Of a DNA stretch of 64,000 bases, positions 13,871 through 25,944 are shown piece after piece. The notes below the pieces were generated by a model. It was given only the letters and a program-made list of their open reading frames with translations. It was not told the DNA's origin and searched no databases. Source of the stretch: the human T2T-CHM13v2.0 reference genome, Homo sapiens; NCBI RefSeq assembly GCF_009914755.1, contig NC_060932.1. One strand, 5' to 3'. Each line of letters starts with the position of its first letter. The first letter of the stretch is position 1. The position numbers were made by a program, and so were the translations under genes.

Positions 13871-14593
13871 GTTATTTTACTAAATAATTCAAGATTTAGC
13901 TATTTTCATTAAGCCAATATCAATGTCTTATTTATTAAAAATTACACAAGCAAAGATCATTCTTTGATCTTTGCTTGGGGCTGGGTTTATAGTTTTATAA
14001 CACCTATTTTGACATCTTGTAGTATTTGGCAGGGGTAGGTATTAAATTGCTTCATCAATAAATGCAAACAAAAATGTATGCTGCCAATTCTTAAGACATT
14101 TCTAATATTGTTTTACCAATAATTTTAAAGTTAGCTTATTATTAAAGATTTTACTAGAGTCACTTAAACTTTAAAAAGCATTTGACTAGTCTTTTTTTCT
14201 GATAAAGTATTTGATTTAAATGCTTTCATTTTTCTTAAGCCAATTAATTAGAGCTCTTTTATATATTTTTAGTGAAATATTGTGTACACAAAACACATAT
14301 ACATAAAAGTATTAGGCATGCTGATAGAAGTACATCTTACAGATTCATAAGACCTCTTTTTTTGTTTTAGACTTTCAAATTCTTCATAACCTGTTTTATC
14401 ACCCTTGGCAACTGTCAGCTAAATAGCCCTAAATTTGCATATTGAAGAAAACAACTCTTAGGTATAAAATCAGATAAAAAAATTTACATCTCAAGGTACA
14501 GAGAGAAAGTCTGGTGTGCTAGAGGGAAATTAAAATCCATCTAATTGCCAGTTAAACGTAAAATTATACAAATGTATTATAAAGGTCTTTTAA

Positions 14594-14644
14594 ATATATA
14601 TATACAGGTATATATATATATATGGGTATATATATATATATATG

Positions 14645-14684
<40 letters not shown>

Positions 14685-14704
14685 TGTAGACACACTCACA
14701 CACA
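14594..14704. repeat. (TA)n / (CA)n compound microsatellite with TGGG interruptions
   Basis: Seen directly. Confidence 0.9.
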
Positions 14705-14992
14705 AAGTTCCTATAACTTTTACTTCAGAACTCTAGCATGAGATATTAATACAAATTTACCAAGTTGCAAAAAAAAAACAAAACAAGCAACAAACAAAAA
14801 ATGGTTAGATTCAAACAGTGGCTTTTATCTCAGTAGAAAAGTATCAGCAGATCTAAAGCAGGCGGAAAAGAGAATAGAGAAAAAGAGAACTGAGGAATTC
14901 TATAGTTTGCAGGTCGACTATTTCTCTTTCACTCTAAGGAGGAACTGAGCTACGGACTAGGGTTTTTTGTGGAGTGGGTCAAAGCATGGTAG

Positions 14993-15441
<449 letters not shown>

Positions 15442-16282
15442 TGTCAAGACTTTTTAAAACTAATTTTGTTAAGGGTTCCCTGTAGGGCTGCTGCATGTCA
15501 TGAGGGGGTCAACCCCCCCAGATATCCCATGAGGCCCCTGGTCACCCAGGGGCACCTTAAGGCTGGGAGGAGCAACATGCCCTTTCTCACTGGGGCTGAG
15601 AAAATTCAGTCTCTCATTAACCTATGAAAACAATTTAGCTCCTCATGCAAATGTGCACAGGCAAGCCAAATTGAAATTAATTCTCTGAGAAAAGGCAATG
15701 GAGAAGACCTTTTAGAATACATCTCTGAACTAGAAGTAGGATTCTTAAACAACAACTTCCTAGGAGATAAAACAACAGCCAAGACCATTTTCTGTAGTGT
15801 CCTCAGCCACCCCTAACTTTGTAGCTCTCTCCACCATTACACATTCCAAGATCAATACTAGGTCATCTCTGGTACGCCCAAAGCCAAAGAGGTCAGGTCA
15901 TGCAATACAGGAAAATAGAGCTTTAGACCAAAGAAGAATCATCCCATGATTCTTAAAACTTCACAAAGAAATAGAACAACCCAAAAGGGGTGAGTGTTGC
16001 TTTTGTTCTGAATTCCTTAAGAGGTTCAAGTCATTAGAACCCTTCTCTAGATTTTTTATTTTTTATTTATTGGAACTAAAAATGGCAAAGGGGGAAGAAG
16101 GTATATGGTTGAAGAAAAGTAACTGAAAGAACAATTTTTTTAAGGTGGTACTTCCAAGCTTCAGCAAATTGTCTTATTGGTTTGAGCCATCAAGATAGCT
16201 CAAGGTGGTACGAAGCACCAACAGGAAGTTTGTTAAACATCAGGGGTCACCTCAACTCAGAATCACTCAATGGTTATCAAAA

Positions 16283-16710
16283 TGTGAATCCAGAATATCT
16301 GAGACAGATCTCAGTCAATTTAGGAAGTTTATTTTGCCAAAGTTAAGGACACTTGCCCATGACACAGCCTCAGCAGGTCCTGACAACATGTGCCAAAGTG
16401 GTCTGAACACAGCTTGGTTTTACACATTTTAGGGAGACATGAGACATCAATCAATATACATAAAGCAAAGGCTCCTGCCTTTGGGGAGGGGGCTTCCAGG
16501 TCACAGGTAGGTAAGAGACAAATGGTTGTATTTTTCTGAGTTTCTGATTTAGCCTTTCCGAAAGAAGTAATCAGATATAAATTTATCTCAGTGAGCAGGG
16601 GAATGACTTTGAATAGAATGGGAGGCAGGTTTGCCCTAAGCAGTTCCCAGCTTGACATTTCCCTTTAGCTTAAAGATTTTGAGGCCTCGGGATTTATTTT
16701 TTCATTCACA
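16283..16710 (-). mobile_element. MER4A1 5' LTR
   Basis: tgtgaatccagaatatctgagacag...ttcattcaca; aligns with 9268-9705. Confidence 0.85.
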
Positions 16711-17055
16711 ATACATTATATATATAGAATAGGTTCACATGATTATGGAGGCTAAGTCCCAAAATCTGCAGTCAATAAGCTGGAGATCCAGAGATACAGA
16801 AGGGTCCAAAGCAGGAGAACATGTCCCAGGCTGAAGGCAGTAATTCAGAGAGAGTGAATTCTCTCTTACTTCACCTTTTGTTCTATTAAGGCTTTCCATA
16901 GATTGGATCAGGCTCACCCACATTGGGGAGGGCAATCTGCTTGACTCAGTCTACCTATTCAGATGTTAACTTAGTCCAAAAACACCTTCACAAACACACC
17001 CAGAATAATATTTAACCAAATATCTGAACATACGTAGTATCCATTAAAAATTAAA
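16711..17055 (-). mobile_element. MLT2B-like LTR, remainder
   Basis: ggttcacatgattatggaggct...cccacattggggagggcaatctgctt...acacccagaataatatttaaccaaatatctg. Confidence 0.85.
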
Positions 17056-17485
17056 GAGCATCTAATGAGTAAAACTGAGTTAGAAGAAATAGTGAATGAA
17101 AGAATAATAAAAATATCTTTGTAAAAATCTTTATAAAAGTAGAGGTAGATAATTAAGACTCAATAAATAGTACTCAAAATAATAATTCAGTGAATAATTA
17201 AACAGAATTCTAATAAATTATCAAACACTATGTAAAACATATTTCCAGTTTGAGGTAAAGTGAAATGATTTACTGAATACTGCAGTGAAATTAAAAAAAC
17301 TCATACAACATTCACATATGCTTCAATGTGTCTATATATTTATGTCTGAGTCATTTTCAAATGATCCACTTATGTAGTAAGATAATAGAATAAGTGCAAT
17401 TTCTAAAAAGATATAGCAAAAAAAGCAGTAGAAACACATAAAAGGCAATAACAAAAAAGTAATAAGAAATTCCAATAAGCAATTC

Positions 17486-17647
17486 ATAGGTTGAAGCTGA
17501 CTGAAGGATTTACTCTGAGAGCTGCCAATTAATGCTGATTATCTTTAAAATTCACCATCAAGAGGACTGATCATCATGTTTTACAAATCCATGCCTAGAT
17601 AGAAAAGAGCTTTTCAGAACAATAGTTGAATAGAGACAGCTACCTAA
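17486..17647 (+). repeat. Donor of local ~162-bp duplication (copy at 18052-18215)
   Basis: ataggttgaagctgac...gagacagctacctaa occurs twice; 4 substitutions and one 2-bp indel. Confidence 0.95.
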
Positions 17648-17786
17648 GACTTATAATGGGTTGCAATGATATGTTTCAGAGAAGATTATTTATATACTGA
17701 TGGCAACAAGAAATGAAAAACAATTAAAATATTCAACAATGTCATTGGCATAAGAACCAGCAATGGAATTCTTGAATTCTATGTTA

Positions 17787-19000
17787 TTATTTTTAAAATT
17801 AATATCTTATTTTAGAGCAGTTTTATGTTTACACAGAATTAAGCAGATAATGCAGAGAGATTTCCAATATTCTCTCTCTCTCTCTTTCTCTCTTATAGTT
17901 CCTCTTTTTATTAACACTTTGCATATATTTACTACAATTGCTAAAACAATATTGAAAATTTGTTATTAACTAAAGGTCATAGTTTGTCATGCATCCACCA
18001 TTATAGTATCACACAGAATAGTTTCACTGCCCTAAAAATCGCCTGTTCACTATAGGTTGAAGCTGACTAAAGGATTTACTCTGAGAGCTGCCAATTAATG
18101 CTGATTATCTTTAAAATTCACCATCAAGAGGGCTGATCATCATGTTTTACAACTCCATGACTAGATAGAAAAGACAGCTTTTCAGAACAATAGTTGAATA
18201 GAGACAGCTACCTAATCCCTCTCTCTTGCCTAACTCCTGGCATCCATGGATCCTTTTACAGTCCCATAGTTTTGCATATTAAAAAATGTCATATAGTTGA
18301 AGTCATGCAGTATGAGGCCTTTTAGATTGGCTTCTTTAATTAAACAATATGCATTTATGGTCCCTTCATGTCTTCATGTGGCATGATAGCTTGTTTTGTT
18401 TTGTGTCTGAATAGTATTTCTATTCAGTGTATGGACACACCACAGCTCCGTTGCTTTAGTTTTTGACAGTTATTAGGGCTACAAACATTAGTGTGCAACT
18501 TTTTGTGGACATAGGTTTTTAACTAATTTGAGTAAATATTAAGGAACACAGTAGTTGGATTATATGATAAGACAATATTTATCTTAGTCAAAAAGCTGCC
18601 CAACTGTCTTCCAGTGGCTGTGCCATTTTTCATTTCAACCAACAATGAATGAAAATTCTCATTGCTCTGCATTCTCACCAACATTTGATGCTGTCAGTTT
18701 GTTTTTTTTCTTTTTTTTGTTTTTGGAGTTAGCTATATGCTTATAGCAGTATTTCATTGTTTTAATTTTCAATGCCCTGCTGACATATGATGTTGAGTAT
18801 TTTTTCATTTCTATATTTGACATTTATATATCTTATTTGGAGAGGTGTCTGTTCAGATCTTTTGCCCACTTTTTAAGTGGGTTCTTTTCTTAGTTGAGTT
18901 TTAAACTCAACTAGTTTAAAACAGACTCTAGTTCTTTACAGATACGTGTTTTACAAATATTTTCTCCCAGTCTGTGTCTTGCCTTTTATTTTCTTAATGA
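17787..19000 (-). mobile_element. L1MC-like 3' end fragment
   Basis: ttttagagcagtttta...ccaccattatagtatcacacagaatagtttcactgccctaaaaatc...gaggtgtctgttcagatcttttgccca. Confidence 0.8.
18052..18215 (+). repeat. Inserted copy of 17486-17647 within the L1MC
   Basis: Interrupts L1 3' UTR continuity between gccctaaaaatc...ttcact and tccctctctc...cctggca. Confidence 0.9.
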
Positions 19001-20339
19001 GTATTTGTGATGGTATAAAATGTAATGCAGTCAGTAGTGAGAATCTTTGCAATTTTTACGATACTCTCTCAATGTTTAATGGAAGTAGTTTGCGGGGAGG
19101 TTAGCAATTTACCTAGATTAATATATGTGCATCTGTGATGTTAACTAATATAAGCAGTATCATTCTACCTTGGTAATCTTCTACTTATTTTGCAACAATT
19201 TGGTGTAAGTTGTCATTTCAAGAATTGTGTAGGTGTTATAAGTTGTCTACACCTACATGCAGACCCATTTTTGCGGTGGTTCAGGTTCACTTAGGTATGT
19301 TGCAGTTTCATTTCACATTTAGATCTCAATTAATCTAAATCCTATTTTCCTGCTCTTCTCAGATACATATTATAAAAATATATAAAAATTTCAGTTACTT
19401 TTATTTGTATTTAAACATAACCTTGTATACCATAAATGATTTGATTAAGATACATAGGTAACCACTATAGAATTATCATAGCAAAAATGTTAACATTTTT
19501 ATAGGAAAACAACTCAATACCAAATAAAAATAACTTGAATTAAATATATACCTTCTATGAAGTTTGACAAGGTAGAAAAAGTATAGGAAAAATCTGTATT
19601 TTCATAGATTTGCTTGTGGGATTATTTTCTTAATTATTTGCATAAGGGAACAATATTACTAATAATGTATTTCCTAATCCATTTGTGTTTCAGGTTGCTG
19701 ATGAAAAAAACGTGCATATTTCAGATTGATATGTAATAGCAATTAAATATAAAGTTTCAGGATTACATGTTTCTGTTTAATCATGTTTCTTCATTTAACA
19801 AAACTAAAATTTTTTATGTTAAGAAATGTAACTTGATTGATGAGGATTATATAAATAAGCCACTTATAATTTAATCTTATAACCTTATTTTGGAAGAAAC
19901 CTCTACATATCTCTATAGCAATTCTGTCATTCTTCTCTTATACTAGAAACAGAAAAATTCTTAGAATGTAAGTTCTAAGAGTTTCTTGGACATTCTTCCT
20001 AATTTCCCGTTTGCCTAGCTTACTCCCAGTGATATTTCAAGTGTCACTTGAAAGATATTCTGTCTCTCAATACATGATTAGCTACTGCTTCTATGTGTTT
20101 CAGCAGTATCAAAGGAGTACTGTATTTCTTTTCCTGTTTGTTTGCTTGTATATTTCTATAGGGGGTGCAATAAAGTTACTTGTTTCCAAAAGGAGCCTAA
20201 CGGATTCTGCTGAGATGCAAGAAGAAAGTATAAGAACTTGTATTTCTACCTATTTTTATCTTACAAAGGTAAACTTATATTGAATACACTTCCTTTGTAT
20301 GCTATTAATAGTAGTGTATACATATGTGCCATATATGCT

Positions 20340-20750
20340 ATTAATATTTACAATATATCCATTTCTTCCTATTCTAAGCACTTGAGAAAGTCTACTAGGC
20401 TTTCACAGTTAGGAAGGATCATGTGAGTACTTCTGACTAATAATATGAAACTAGAAGTGATGGGTCACTTCTAGACTAAGGTTGAAATAAATCAATGTGC
20501 AGTTGTGTGGTTCCTATTTTCATCTGCTTCTCCAGTCATAAAAAAGGCCTTCTATTGAAGTGATAAAACTAAAAGGTTGAAAATGTCTATATTGATTTCC
20601 ATTTGATGATGGGCAATTGCCCTAAAGTTTCAATATTCAATGATATATATTTTTTCATAAAGAGAACTTAACCTATGAATAAAAACAGCAAATGACATCT
20701 CCTAAAGAAACTTACAAGTACAGAATGGTCAATTGCCTTATCCTAACTAG
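20340..20750 (+). mobile_element. Old MLT1 (I/J-like) LTR, degenerate
   Basis: cagttagg...catgtgagtacttctgactaat...agaagtgatgggtcacttct. Confidence 0.45.
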
Positions 20751-21133
20751 TTTCTTCAGATTTAATGTATTTTAGTGTACTATAATTTATATATACCTGA
20801 TTAATGGATTTATAAATTATATTATCTTAATGGATAGATATTTGTGAAACTTTGTAATGAGATGGGAAATAATCATAATTATCTATTTTCTTTTTACTCT
20901 ACACAGCTTTAATATTTATCTCAGAGCAAATCACTAGAGTTATTGGACAACTGATTTCAATTAAAGATGTAGTGCATTAGAAAGAGTATTACTGCTACTG
21001 TTACAACAACGAACTCAACAAACTTCAAGTTTGTAAATTGACATGAATTCAACAGAGAATTAAGATTACAAGGAAAACAACTAGACTCAAATTTAAGGAC
21101 AGGGAGGCTAGGATGAGAGAAAAAGAATGCTTG

Positions 21134-22139
21134 AAGTATTGTGTCGAGACCGCCAATGGACCATCACAAAAGTTTAATCTAAACTTGGTCTCATAGTCTT
21201 CACAAATGCTCACTGAAGAAAATTCCCAGGATGATTCAGGGGTCTCTTAAAACTTCTGCTCCAAGACATTGATAAAGAACCTTAGTAACTTGACTATCAA
21301 CCCTAGTACTGAATTCCCTTCCTCTCTACCAGAAGGTTCACCCCAATGGTATACAGGAGCAACAATCCTCAGGGAAGCCAGATGACTTGCTTTACAGGGG
21401 GAGGGGAGTAAGAATTTTGCTGTATGTGTAGAAAGAAAGAATGGCAAGAATAAGATACATGTTACTCAGCAGAGTTCCTAGGCTTGAAAGAGAACTAAGA
21501 AATATTAGTCATAAGGGAGTTCAGAATGAACCAAGAAGTGGGTGATTCAGATGGTGTAGCAGTGTCTGCATGTATAACAGTTGGGATCCTTCTGAGAATG
21601 CTAGAATAGAATTATGACACTGAGCCACTTCAGCCATAAGCCTTGTTCTTGTGATTTTTTGTTTTTTCTTTCTGGTAATTTTATGTAGCAGGTTGAAAAA
21701 GCTACTCTATGCTAGGATAGAATATATACAAATAATTTCAATAATGAGTTCTAGGATGTATTTTCCTTCTTGTATCTTCCTTGCTACCATGATACTAGTA
21801 ATTTATAAGGGATCTGTGTATTTTGAAAGTATTTGAATAACTTCCGTATTCTTTAGTTCTACTGTTTGATTAGACCCAAAGAAGTCAAGAGGACATACGT
21901 ATTCCCATGTGTTTTAGAAGCTCAAAGTCAGTGAGATGAAACCCAATATCAAGAATTTGAAGCAAAGTCACTTGTGGGTAAAGAAAGCTTTGAGTTTTTT
22001 GGCTAGAGCATAAAAAATAGATTTTCTGGCTTTCAAAAATGTGGATTGCAATTACAGGAGACTGTGCTATTTTTACAATTTTTAGTATAAATAAAGGTAT
22101 ATATAGAAAAACAATAAAGTTGTTGTATTAAAAAAAAAA
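21134..22139 (+). pseudogene. DPPA3: Processed pseudogene of DPPA3 (STELLA/PGC7); CDS remnant 21156-21639, full 3' UTR, poly(A), TSD
   Basis: Frameshift-corrected translation MDPSQKFN..QMLTEENSQDDSG..TLIKNLSNLTIN..ILRE..RGVRILL..KERMARIRYMLL..WDPSENARI..DTEPLQP* matches human DPPA3; no introns; AATAAA 22113-22118; A-tract 22130-22139; TSD aagaatgcttg at 21123-21133 and 22141-22151; several stops and frameshifts. Confidence 0.95.
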
Positions 22140-22859
22140 GAAGAATGCTTGCTTATTACAACAGATGTAGCCAGACACAGGTAGAGAGAATTCAGCTAAA
22201 ATCATGAATTGGTAGCAGCCAAATGTGTGCTAAGAATGGAGTATGGGAGGTTAGGGCATAGATATAGGGCGAATTAACATCATTTTGCAAGCATTTTTTT
22301 CTTTGAATCTCCCTGATGCTCAATTTAAAGTCCTGGCAAAGCATCCATCATTGTGTAGGCTTGAGAATGGGAAATATTAGCTGCTGGTAGAGGGGCAGAA
22401 ATCTCTATATATACCTTTTGCACTATATTTTCCATGGAACGAAGCTTTAATATGCAGGACAAATGGCAAAAAAACACAATTGTCCATCAGCCACTTTTGA
22501 CAATCTATTGCAGTTATGGGAAAGAAACATTTGAAAAACAAACAAACAACAAAACACTGTAACTCTGAGAGAGAAGAAGAAATACACTATACAGGGCCCA
22601 GAACTATACCAGTAAGAAGCATAGGATTACTGAGTTATGTGAATTACAGTAAAGGGGATGAAAAAAATGCTTTCAAGATGTTTATTTATCAGCACACTAA
22701 TTACAACTTCAGGTAAGAAACCTATTTGTGCATTCAAGACAGCTAAATAGAAATATATAGACGAAAAGAAAAAAACTAAATGCGTGTTTCCTTATTCTTC
22801 TCATTAACTACAACTAAAAACCCTGTATATTTTATATGAGATAAATTCAAGAGCAATCT

Positions 22860-24905
22860 GAAAAGAAGAGGAAAGAGCTATTACATAATCATAAAATGGT
22901 GAATTATCATGGAAAATACAGCAATATTAAATATGTATGTACCTAACAACAGAACTTCATAATATATGGAGCAAATTTATCAATCTGAAAGAAAAAATAG
23001 ACAAACTCACAAATGGAATTAGAAATTTCAAGACACTCATCTCAGTACAAGACAGAAAATGTAAAGATAAAATGAGTAAGGATACAGAATACCTGAAAAA
23101 CCCTCTATACCAACCCCACTGAACAATAGTTGATTGTATCAGTTTCAATATGTTAAATGAGTTGAATGTGTTTAGTAAAAAATTTCTTAATTAAGATCAT
23201 ATTCTGCACCTCCCCACCCCATCCCAAAATTTTAACACATCAACTAGAATAGAAATCATACAAAATACTTCCTCCCCAAAAATGGAATAAAAATCCTCAA
23301 ATATTTGGAAATTAGGTAGCAGTTATAAATAACCCAAAATAAAAAAGAAATTGTTACATATGCTCTACCAAAAATGTACAACATAATTACACTATACAGG
23401 ACAAGGAAGAAAATAACTAACCTAAGTAACCAAAAAATAGTAGTTAGAAATAATACTGAGGGCTACAGAAAGAAAAACTAGAAAAAAATATTATATTGTA
23501 GTAAGAAAATTTGCAAGAAATTTTGAAACTACTTTTCTATGTACTCTACGTTTAAATAAATAACATTGTAAATAATAGAAGGCAGATTTCTTACTCATGG
23601 AGAAACATGTTACAAATAGGAAAAGGAAGAAAGAATGAAAGTTGTGGTATTAGATTGAAATCAGAAGTATCAGTATGAACCCATGATTTTTAAAGACATA
23701 GTAGATAGATAACAATGATGGTAAAGAGAAAGAGAAAATGGGTACGCGTTGGGTAGTGCACCTATTGATATTTCTTAGGATTTAGGAGAAATGACACCCT
23801 AGCAGCAATGAGCACTACTGCTGAGGTGTGATGTCTAATTACCATTCTTCAGTAAAAGAAAGCAAGTCTCCTTAGAAAACCAGTAGGTTCCAGTACTGTG
23901 GACAAGAAAATACAAAGTAAGGCTAGAGTATCTTGTAGTAGGAAGAGTTTGAAAAAGTTTAGAGGCATCATTGGCAGGGCACCGGAGCTAACCAGAAGAG
24001 CTCCTGACAAAACTGGAACAATTTTATTCACAAAATAAATTATCATCATATTGTAATATGCTTATATTTATCAAATATAAAATATCAGAGTACATATTGA
24101 CATAAATAACTAAATAAGTACATTAAGAGAGAAGGGACAGCTGGTTCTTACAGAATATTCCAATTAATAAAATATACTGGAACAAAGGGAAGAGAGAATC
24201 ACCATTGGAATACCATCATAATTTTTATAGTGAGATGCACCCAGTGTTGCTGTCATTGGTTAAAATGAAGCTTTCATGTTAGCTTTACATTATTGTGCAA
24301 ATATTTGAGAGAAAAGACAAACTTGCAGTATCAAAGTCTGTACCTCAAGATGTTTATTAATCATAAATTTTAAAATAATGACTATTGTTCAGAAACCAGC
24401 AGACACTACCTAACAAAATGATCAAATTAACATCAACTGTCGGAAGACATTTATATTACGTAATCCTTATCATATCCCTTTTGTGCTACTCTTGCCAAAA
24501 GTTGAGGACCACAATCAAAACATGCGATAATATCAGATAATCCAATTGAGGAACATTCTAGAATATAACTGCTGGTACTCTTTAAAATTACCAGTGCCAT
24601 AAAAGACAAAGAAAGCCTGAAAATGTCACAGAAAGGATGCTGAGGAGATGGGCAACTAAATTCAATATGAGATCCTAGTCCGATCCTGGAATAGAAAACA
24701 GACTTAGTGGAAAAACTGATGAAATTTAAATAAAGTCCTCCATTAATTAATAGCTTTTACTGGTGATAATTTTTTAGTTTAATAATTGTGCTATGGTTAT
24801 GTAAGATGTCAACATTAAGGGAGATTAAGTTAAGGGCATTAGGGAACTCTGTGCTATTTTGGCAATTGTTTTATAAGTTTAAAATTGCTTATAAATTTAA
24901 AATTG
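22860..24905 (+). mobile_element. Old L1 (L1MC3/4-like): ORF2 endonuclease fragment joined to 3' UTR
   Basis: aatatgtatgtacctaacaacaga (N.Y.PN) EN remnant; 3' UTR motifs gacaccctagcagcaatgagcac, gggaactctgtgctattttggcaa. Confidence 0.7.
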
Positions 24906-25586
24906 TTATTGAACCCTATGATAAATCATTTATGTGTTTTTCTGTATTGAAAAGGTATTTTCAATTGTCTACCTTTTCTGTGATGGCAAATAACTGTCAG
25001 TAGTATGTTACACAAACAGTCTAAAATTTATCCTTTTAAGATAAATATAGTGTTGAAAGTGAATAGAAAAATAATTGCTTTGGGAAAAAAGTACAAAAAA
25101 ATTAGGAAAAAGAAATAACTTATAAATGTCTTACTTATGTGACGTAGTTGCCAAAAATGATAGAAGGGTGTAACAAACTACAATATTGGCACAGTTTTCA
25201 ACTAAACTAGGAAAGGTAATTTATTAACCTTTATAAAAAATTATTTTTAAAATTCATTGGGTTTTCTATGACTTTTTGAACATTTATCTATATAATATTC
25301 TCTAGATGCTTTGACAGAAAACTAAAAAAAAATCAAAGGAGGAAATGTATTGGCTAACAATGATAAATTTCTAAGTGATTAATGTGAGGAACTGATGAAG
25401 AAATGTCATATCTACTTCTTGAAATCAACTACATACTTTTTCCATTAGAGTGTGTTTATCATCTTTTAGTAAAATTTTCTGTTTTGAAAGCCATGAAAAT
25501 TAAAATTTCAAATATAAGATTAAAACTCTAGAATTATTATATCACAAGATTCAATGCAATATTTTATAAGGTCATGAGATATTCAA

Positions 25587-25944
25587 TATTTATATTTTAA
25601 AATGTTATCAATACTAATGTATAAATAACAAAATACTTATATATTAAATATTTTTAATATATAAATGTTAAGTAGTATTACTATTACTATAATCTTATTA
25701 GTAATGTTAATATGACTACAGGCCTATAAGTGGATGAGTATTTATATTTTTAAATGTTATCAATAGTAATGTATAAATAACAAAATATTTATATAACAGA
25801 TGAAATTTCTTTAAACTACTATTTACTTAATATGTATTTTAACTGTTCAATATATATTTTAGGTTTTAAAAGTTATGTAGAATTACTATTACTATAATCT
25901 TCTTAATAATGTTAATATGACTACAGACATATAAGTGGATGAGT
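25587..25944. repeat. A-B-A-B local duplication of two AT-rich blocks
   Basis: Block A 25587-25643 / 25739-25795; block B 25667-25739 / 25872-25944 (ends tataagtggatgagt). Confidence 0.85.

Noticed and set aside
19681-19740. Possible splice acceptor / small exon (tgtttcag|gttgctg)
   Set aside because: No convincing donor, reading frame or homology; cannot be supported without transcript data
21247-21447. 66-aa minus-strand ORF
   Set aside because: Antisense shadow of the DPPA3 pseudogene with no independent support
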